A DNA stretch of 64,000 bases from Amoebophrya sp. A120 (Eukaryota; Protista; Dinoflagellata), in assembly GCA_905178155.1 (NCBI GenBank), contig CAJINV010000005.1, forward strand, positions 3,354,833-3,418,832. Direction: 5' to 3'. Positions within the stretch are counted from its first letter, which is position 1, and the number at the start of each line of letters is the position of its first letter. Made by a program: the position numbers and the translations under genes. A model generated the notes under the pieces. The model had not been told where the DNA came from and ran no database searches. It worked only from the letters and a program-made list of their open reading frames with translations. This document shows, piece after piece, positions 58,515 through 64,000 of the stretch.

Positions 58515-61500
58515 TCAATAAGGCATGAATCCAGGTGGCGGATGAGGTGCCGGGCCCCCACTTCCGCCGGGAAACATGTTGTAGCCATACGGCAACGGCG
58601 CACCTGTTGACGAGTACTGCTGGTATTGTTGATTCTCATTCTGATTTATTGCCCCCGCCCGCGGCGCACTGTGTACTACTAGGTTCGTCCCCTGCTGATA
58701 GTGCTGGGGATGATTCGCGTGGTTCGCGTATTGCGGTGTCGTTTGTGTCTGAAAGTCCGGGGTATCGAAGCGGTTGAAGGTCGCGTTGTTGTGCGCCGGC
58801 GCCGTTGTTGTCCCAGCAGGCCCCAGCCCGACGTGAAAGGGGTTTACATTCGTGTTGCTCGCACTGTTGCTGTAAAGCATGTTTGACGTCGTACTTGCCC
58901 CCCCGGCCACCCCCGGCGGCCCTGCACTCGAGGACGACGAACCACCGCCAGGAGCTTGATATTGAAATTGTTGCTGTTGCTGTTGTGGTTGTCCGCCTGC
59001 TGCTCCTCCGCTTCCTGTTGGGACAAAAGAACTCGCAGCACCCGGATTGGCGTTCCACAAGGGTCCGCTGTTCAGCCGTGCGTTTTGTTCCTCGTGCGCC
59101 TCCCTTCTCTTCTCCAGCTCCTTCTCCCGTGCCTCCTCCTCCTTCGCCTTTTTTGCCTCCCGCTTCTTCGCAATCGCCCTTTGCACGTACGCGTCGTGTT
59201 CGCACGCCCTGAATTCCTTGTCCCACTTTTCCTTCATCTTGTGGTAGTGCTCCTGCCCGATGTTTTTGTGCAGCCAGGTCTTCACGTAGGCCCCGGGAAG
59301 TTCGATGTTCTTCCGTCCCATGTACTCCAGGATCCGCAGACCGACCGGCTTCAATAGCCTCGACATTTCGGACTCGTCGCTGTCGTACTCGTCGTCCTTT
59401 TTCTTCGCGAAGGCCGCACTGCTCGCGCCGGAGCGCTTCCCCCCGCGGCCCTTGCCCTTCTGCGTTATTTGTTCCCGGTCTTTTTCCTCATGTCTGCGCT
59501 GGTTGATTTTGTCCTGCAGTTTTGATTGATCTGTGCCTTTCGGGTCCTGCTTCCGGTGCATGTTTTTTTCCTTCAAAAAGGCGATGTATTTCTCCTCTTC
59601 CGCGGGCTTGGTAAGTTGCAACGCCTCCCACAGCGGATTTACCAACACCAGTCCCGTTTCTTGCTCCCGCCTCTTCTGGTGCTTTGTTTTGAACTCTTCC
59701 GACCGGTAGCTGGAGATCAAAGCCTGCGTCTCCCCCGTGCTTGTTTCCCCGAAAATAGCTTCTTGCTCGAAAAGCTCGTACGCCCGGTCGAAGAACCACT
59801 GCAGGGTTGGGTGCGTGCGGAGGAGCTCGTGGCACTTCGCGCCGCGCTATCAAGTGTAAAAGTGTCTGGGTCTGGAAGGATGTGAACTTGTGATGCGCAT
59901 TTCATAACACAGACAAATCTCTCATGCATCTTTGCAAAAGGTGCCCATATGTTGTCCCCAAAATGGGGGATTTGTCATGCGGATTAAGCAATGCGGAAGC
60001 TTCTCGAAATCTGTGATGCTAGGGCTTCCATGACAGACATTTTGTGTCATGCAAAAACAGCATGACAAAAATCTGCATTCTTCCAGACCCAGACATCTTT
60101 ACATTTGATACGCGCACGCCGTGGGGAAACTTCTCCACCGGCTTCGCGAATTCCTCCTTCAGGTTGTCTCTCGTCACGCACTGCTTGTAGTAGTTTTTCA
60201 GAATCTCCAAAATTTCGTCGTCCGGAATCAAATCCTGCCGGCAATCCACCCATTTCATAAACTCGCCGTCGGGCTTCAAAGGCTTGATCGCGTGCAGATG
60301 CGCTGTGTGCGGGTGGGGTAACGCCTGGGCCTTCACCTCCCGAGAGGCAATGGCGCTCTGCTCTTTCTTCTCGTGCTGTTTTCGCACGATCTCGGAGAAC
60401 GTGTCTTGATTTGGCTGCTCGGGGGACGAGCTCGCGCCGGTAGAATTTTTCGGGTTCCTCGCTTGTTGTTGATTTTGATGGCTTACTGTTCCGGTTGGTA
60501 CTTGATTAGGATTTTTTGGATTTCCCCTGTCTTTGCTGTTATTTTTCCCTTGATGTTCCTCTTGAGCAGCTGCACGCATCTCCCTTCGCCTTGCTCTCTT
60601 CTGCGCCTTTGTAAGACGCTTTCCCTTCATCTGGCTTGCGTTCATTTCGGCAAGATTATCCACTTGCTGTTGCTTCGTTCCCCCACCATTAGTTGTACTT
60701 TGTGCAGCTGCCTCACCTGAAGATGCTCCGCTCCCGAACGCGTTGTAGATACCCGCGCCGTGAGGTCGTTGTACTTGCTGTTGCTGCTTGTTTTGTTCTT
60801 GCCCGCCCCCCCGAGCAGTAGTAGATGATGTTGCACCAGGTCGTTTATTCATGCGTTTTTTATTTCCATCTCGAGCAAGGTGTGCAACGGCGTCGTCGTC
60901 ACTATCATCCTCGTCCCCGAGCAATGCAACTTGGTCGGCCAGTTCGAATTGGTTCTTTCCTAGGTTCGCATCCATTTCGTCCTCCGACGAATTCGAATTA
61001 TTGCTGTCATCATCTTGACCATCTTGCTCCCCGTCGCCATCAGCAGCTCTCCTTATCGCAGCCGCGTCCGTCCAACTCTTCCCCATTGCAGCTAGTGTCT
61101 CTCCCTCTTTCCTAAAAGCGGCACTGCTACCAGCACCACGACCACTCTTCTTCTTGATACTATCTCCCTCGAACAACGATCCCTGCCCCGCTTTGAAAGA
61201 GGAGCCGAGAGCTCTCTCTTCTTCCAATAGTTCGTTTTTCATCTGCTCTCTTTCCCGGAACCAGTCGGATTTTTCCTGCTTCCCCCGTCTTTCCCTTTTC
61301 AGCTGCAGCAACGTCTGCTCTTCCATGGTGGAGATTCCCTGTTTGCACTGGATCATCATCGTGTCTAGGTCATCCGTCCGCCCAATGCCCATGCCCACGT
61401 AATCCAGCTCATTCGGGTACTTCGCCTTGTACTCCTGCAAGTCTTCCAGTACTTGCGCCCGTACCCGCGCCGCGCCCTCGTGCCAAATCCCGAACTTTGG

Positions 61501-63108
61501 GTCGCACCGCGGCCCCTTGGGGGCCGGGAGCTGCTCGAGCACGTCCCAGGCAAGGGGCTTGCCCAGGGTCTCCCAGCCGGGAAAGGTGCCGTGGCGGGAG
61601 ACGTATTTCGTTTTCCCCGTTTGTCTGTCGGTTTGTTTGATTGCGGTGGTTTTGCCCGAAAACTCTCGGATGTACTGCTCGTCTGGCGTTGTCACGCTGT
61701 TGTAAAGAGTGCGGTGTGGTTGTGGAGCTGGAGGTGCAAGTATTTTACCTTGGTTAGTATTTTTCGTAGGTTGTCCTTGTCCTCCGATGGGCGGAGGAGG
61801 GGGCATCATGTTAAGATTCTTGGCCGCCGCATTTTTTGCAGCACTCGACGAAGAAGTAGAGGACGAGAACAACCCCGAAGCCGCCGCGGCGCTGCGTGCT
61901 TGATCGAGGTACTTCTGGCGATTTATCACCGTCTCGGCCGCCAATTTCGCATTTTTCAATTTTTTCCTCTCGTTGTTGCTCAAGCCTGGCTGTTGTAATT
62001 TCAGATCAATCAACTCTGGCGCAGCGGCGCGCAGGGTCTGCGAGTTCCGGATAGTGCCGTTTACAACTTTCTCTCTTGCTTGCAGTTGCCGTCGTTGCTC
62101 TTCGTCCTTGCGTGTTTTCTCTTCTGCCTTCTGCTGTAATTCCGCATGGCCGTCGCCTCGGACGATGCGCATGCCAAATTCGTCCTCGACGAGGCTGGAT
62201 TTGTTTTTGTTCTGTTCCTGTTTCCTCCGTTTTGCAGCTTGATTCATCTGATGATCATATGGCTGGAAGGAAGAACTTGAAGCCGCAGTCGCGCCGGGAG
62301 GTGCACTACCACCGCCATGAGGAGGATATTCTTCCTGCAACCCCTGCAGGTCCGCAAAACCAACTGCAGTTCCAGCCGGCCTCTTGTTCTTCTGGTTCTG
62401 GCTTTGCGCTTGCTTTGCTGATTTTCCATTTTGCGCATTAAGATCTCGACCCCCACTGCCTGCTGTAGTCCCCGCAGCTGCAGCTCCCGCGGCCGCGCCT
62501 CGCCCTCGGTTTCGCTGCGAGTTCGCTTGAAAAGCGTTTCTTAAGTTGCTTGACGAGGAAGCGGCTTGTTGCTGCTCGCCCCCCTGCTGCCCCTGCATCG
62601 CTCCTGTCGGCACAAACCCACTGACCGGGGTCTGCGGTACCGGGAACCCGGCGGGAAGGTTTCGTTGTGACCCGAGGTTCTTCTGGATTTGCGTCATGTT
62701 CATGCGGAGATTTTGCTCTGTACTCCGCTGGGTCGGGATGTTTGTGAGATTCGGGTTGTTGCGCTGATTGTTCTCGTAGTTTTGTTGCAGCTGGCGCTGG
62801 CTGTACAGAATTTGGTGATCATAACCTCCTCCTGCTCCCGCTGTCGTATTAGGATTGTTCATGTTTACCTGCTGGTGCTGTTGGATCCCAATTTGTTGGT
62901 GCAGCTGATTCGTCATGGCAATGGTGTTGTTCACCTGCTGCTGCATCTGCAGCCACGCACCGTACAGCTCCTGCTGCGTGGGCTGTCTGCTCGGGTCCAG
63001 AATCACAGGCTGCGGGGGCATTGGCATGGTGGGCGGCGGGAAGTTCGGGCTGTTTCCCTTCCCGGGTTGCTGTTGATTGTTGAAGGGAAACATGTTTTTT
63101 TTTGACAA
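58515..63108 (-). CDS. Hypothetical ~1440-aa Q/N-rich, charged protein, two exons
   Basis: ORFs 60019-63108 and 58515-59720 fuse in frame (PHGVRGAKCHELLR...) once 59848-60110 plus one TSD is removed. No domain recognised. Confidence 0.8.
59848..60110. mobile_element. TIR introner family A (263 bp)
   Basis: TATCAAGTGTAAAAGTGTCTGGGTCTGGAAG...CTTCCAGACCCAGACATCTTTACATTTGATA, perfect TSD CGCGC. Confidence 0.93.
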
Positions 63109-64000
63109 TGGGACAGGTTTCTAAATATTTCTGGTTGCGTGGAGGCGGGTCGGGAAACAAGACAAAGACTACAACATACAATGAGTAGAAATCAAACGGT
63201 TGGATGTGAAGCGAAGGGGTGGTACGTAAATTCAAAAAAACAAAAAATCTTTCTAAAAACAAAAGCGAACTTTCGAAAATTCAAACCCTGATGCGAGAAA
63301 GGCAATAAATCGGCGACCTAGATGAAGAAGTCTTCGAAGACATCAACATATAAATCTAGCGTATAAAAGATAAAGAGGCACCGGGGGAGACTTGCGACAT
63401 AGGGATCAACTTCTCGACCAATTATACGACAAGTTGCATTAATTGCGTGACGGTGAAGGAACTGAGTTAGTACTATTGCCACGCTCGATCCAGAACCACG
63501 AGCTGGAGATAGCGTCGCAAGGACGATGATCTGTCTCAGTTGGTAGATCGGTTGAACACCAGATCGAGTAGCCGTGCGGGAGCAATAGCGCTCTTGGTGC
63601 AGCATCACACAAAATCGTTCGTGTGTGTGCTCTTCGTGAAGGACTTGAAAATTCCAATCTGATAAATATAAGCAATAAATTAGTTAAAACTTCTTGTCCT
63701 CTACTGGGTCAGAGAAGTTGTTGCGTTGCGTTTAGTGTACTCGGAAACCTCCAGTTCTTTGGCCTCAAACAACATCTTGGATGCGTGGGTGCAGCTGGTG
63801 GTGCACGTGGGTCGCACATCATCGCAAATAATCAGATAATTTCATTTCAAACTTCAGCGGCAAATAATGGACATTTTTATGGTGACACTTTTTCGACGAG
63901 GAAAGGCATTTATTTCGTGTTTTTTTACCAAGTGTTGAAATGAAACTATTGAATCTGCCGCCGACGTCCTGTCGCACGCCCACCTGCTTACTTCTTCGCG

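Noticed and set aside
726-60110. Many short ORFs sharing IKCKNVWVWK / FQTQTFLHL / LPDPDTF peptides as a protein family
   Set aside because: They are translations of the family-A terminal inverted repeats.
1-64000. Genome-wide stop-codon reassignment
   Set aside because: Long exons lack internal stops and genes end at TAA, TGA or TAG; only one isolated in-frame TAA (6883) was seen.

Overview
Eukaryotic genomic DNA, most likely from a syndinian parasitic dinoflagellate of the Amoebophrya type. This is inferred from intron architecture and gene content; no search was run. The dominant feature is about 33 short (about 145-420 bp) insertions with terminal inverted repeats (typically TATC...GATA) and 5-bp target-site duplications. 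All sit inside protein-coding exons. Wherever both flanks are visible, deleting the element plus one TSD copy restores the reading frame and conserved motifs, generally without a GT-AG pair. They therefore look like transposon-derived, orientation-independent, non-canonical introns (introners). Genes reconstructed by hand: the 3' part of a UCH-family deubiquitinase; a signal-peptide protein with two bacterial-type PARG (DUF2263-like) domains; a DUF985 cupin; alanine aminotransferase; an eIF4B-like RRM protein; an SLC35F/EamA-like transporter; a RING E3 ligase; a secreted PAN/apple-domain protein; and two large low-complexity proteins. Other mobile DNA: a full-length ~8.1-kb LINE (ORF1 plus APE-RT-RNase H ORF2, 15-bp TSD, (TAA)n tail) inserted in a GpC-depleted AT-rich island next to a 1.3-kb MITE-like element, and a 5'-truncated RTE-like LINE nested inside an introner. 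Coordinates were counted by hand and may be off by a few bases.
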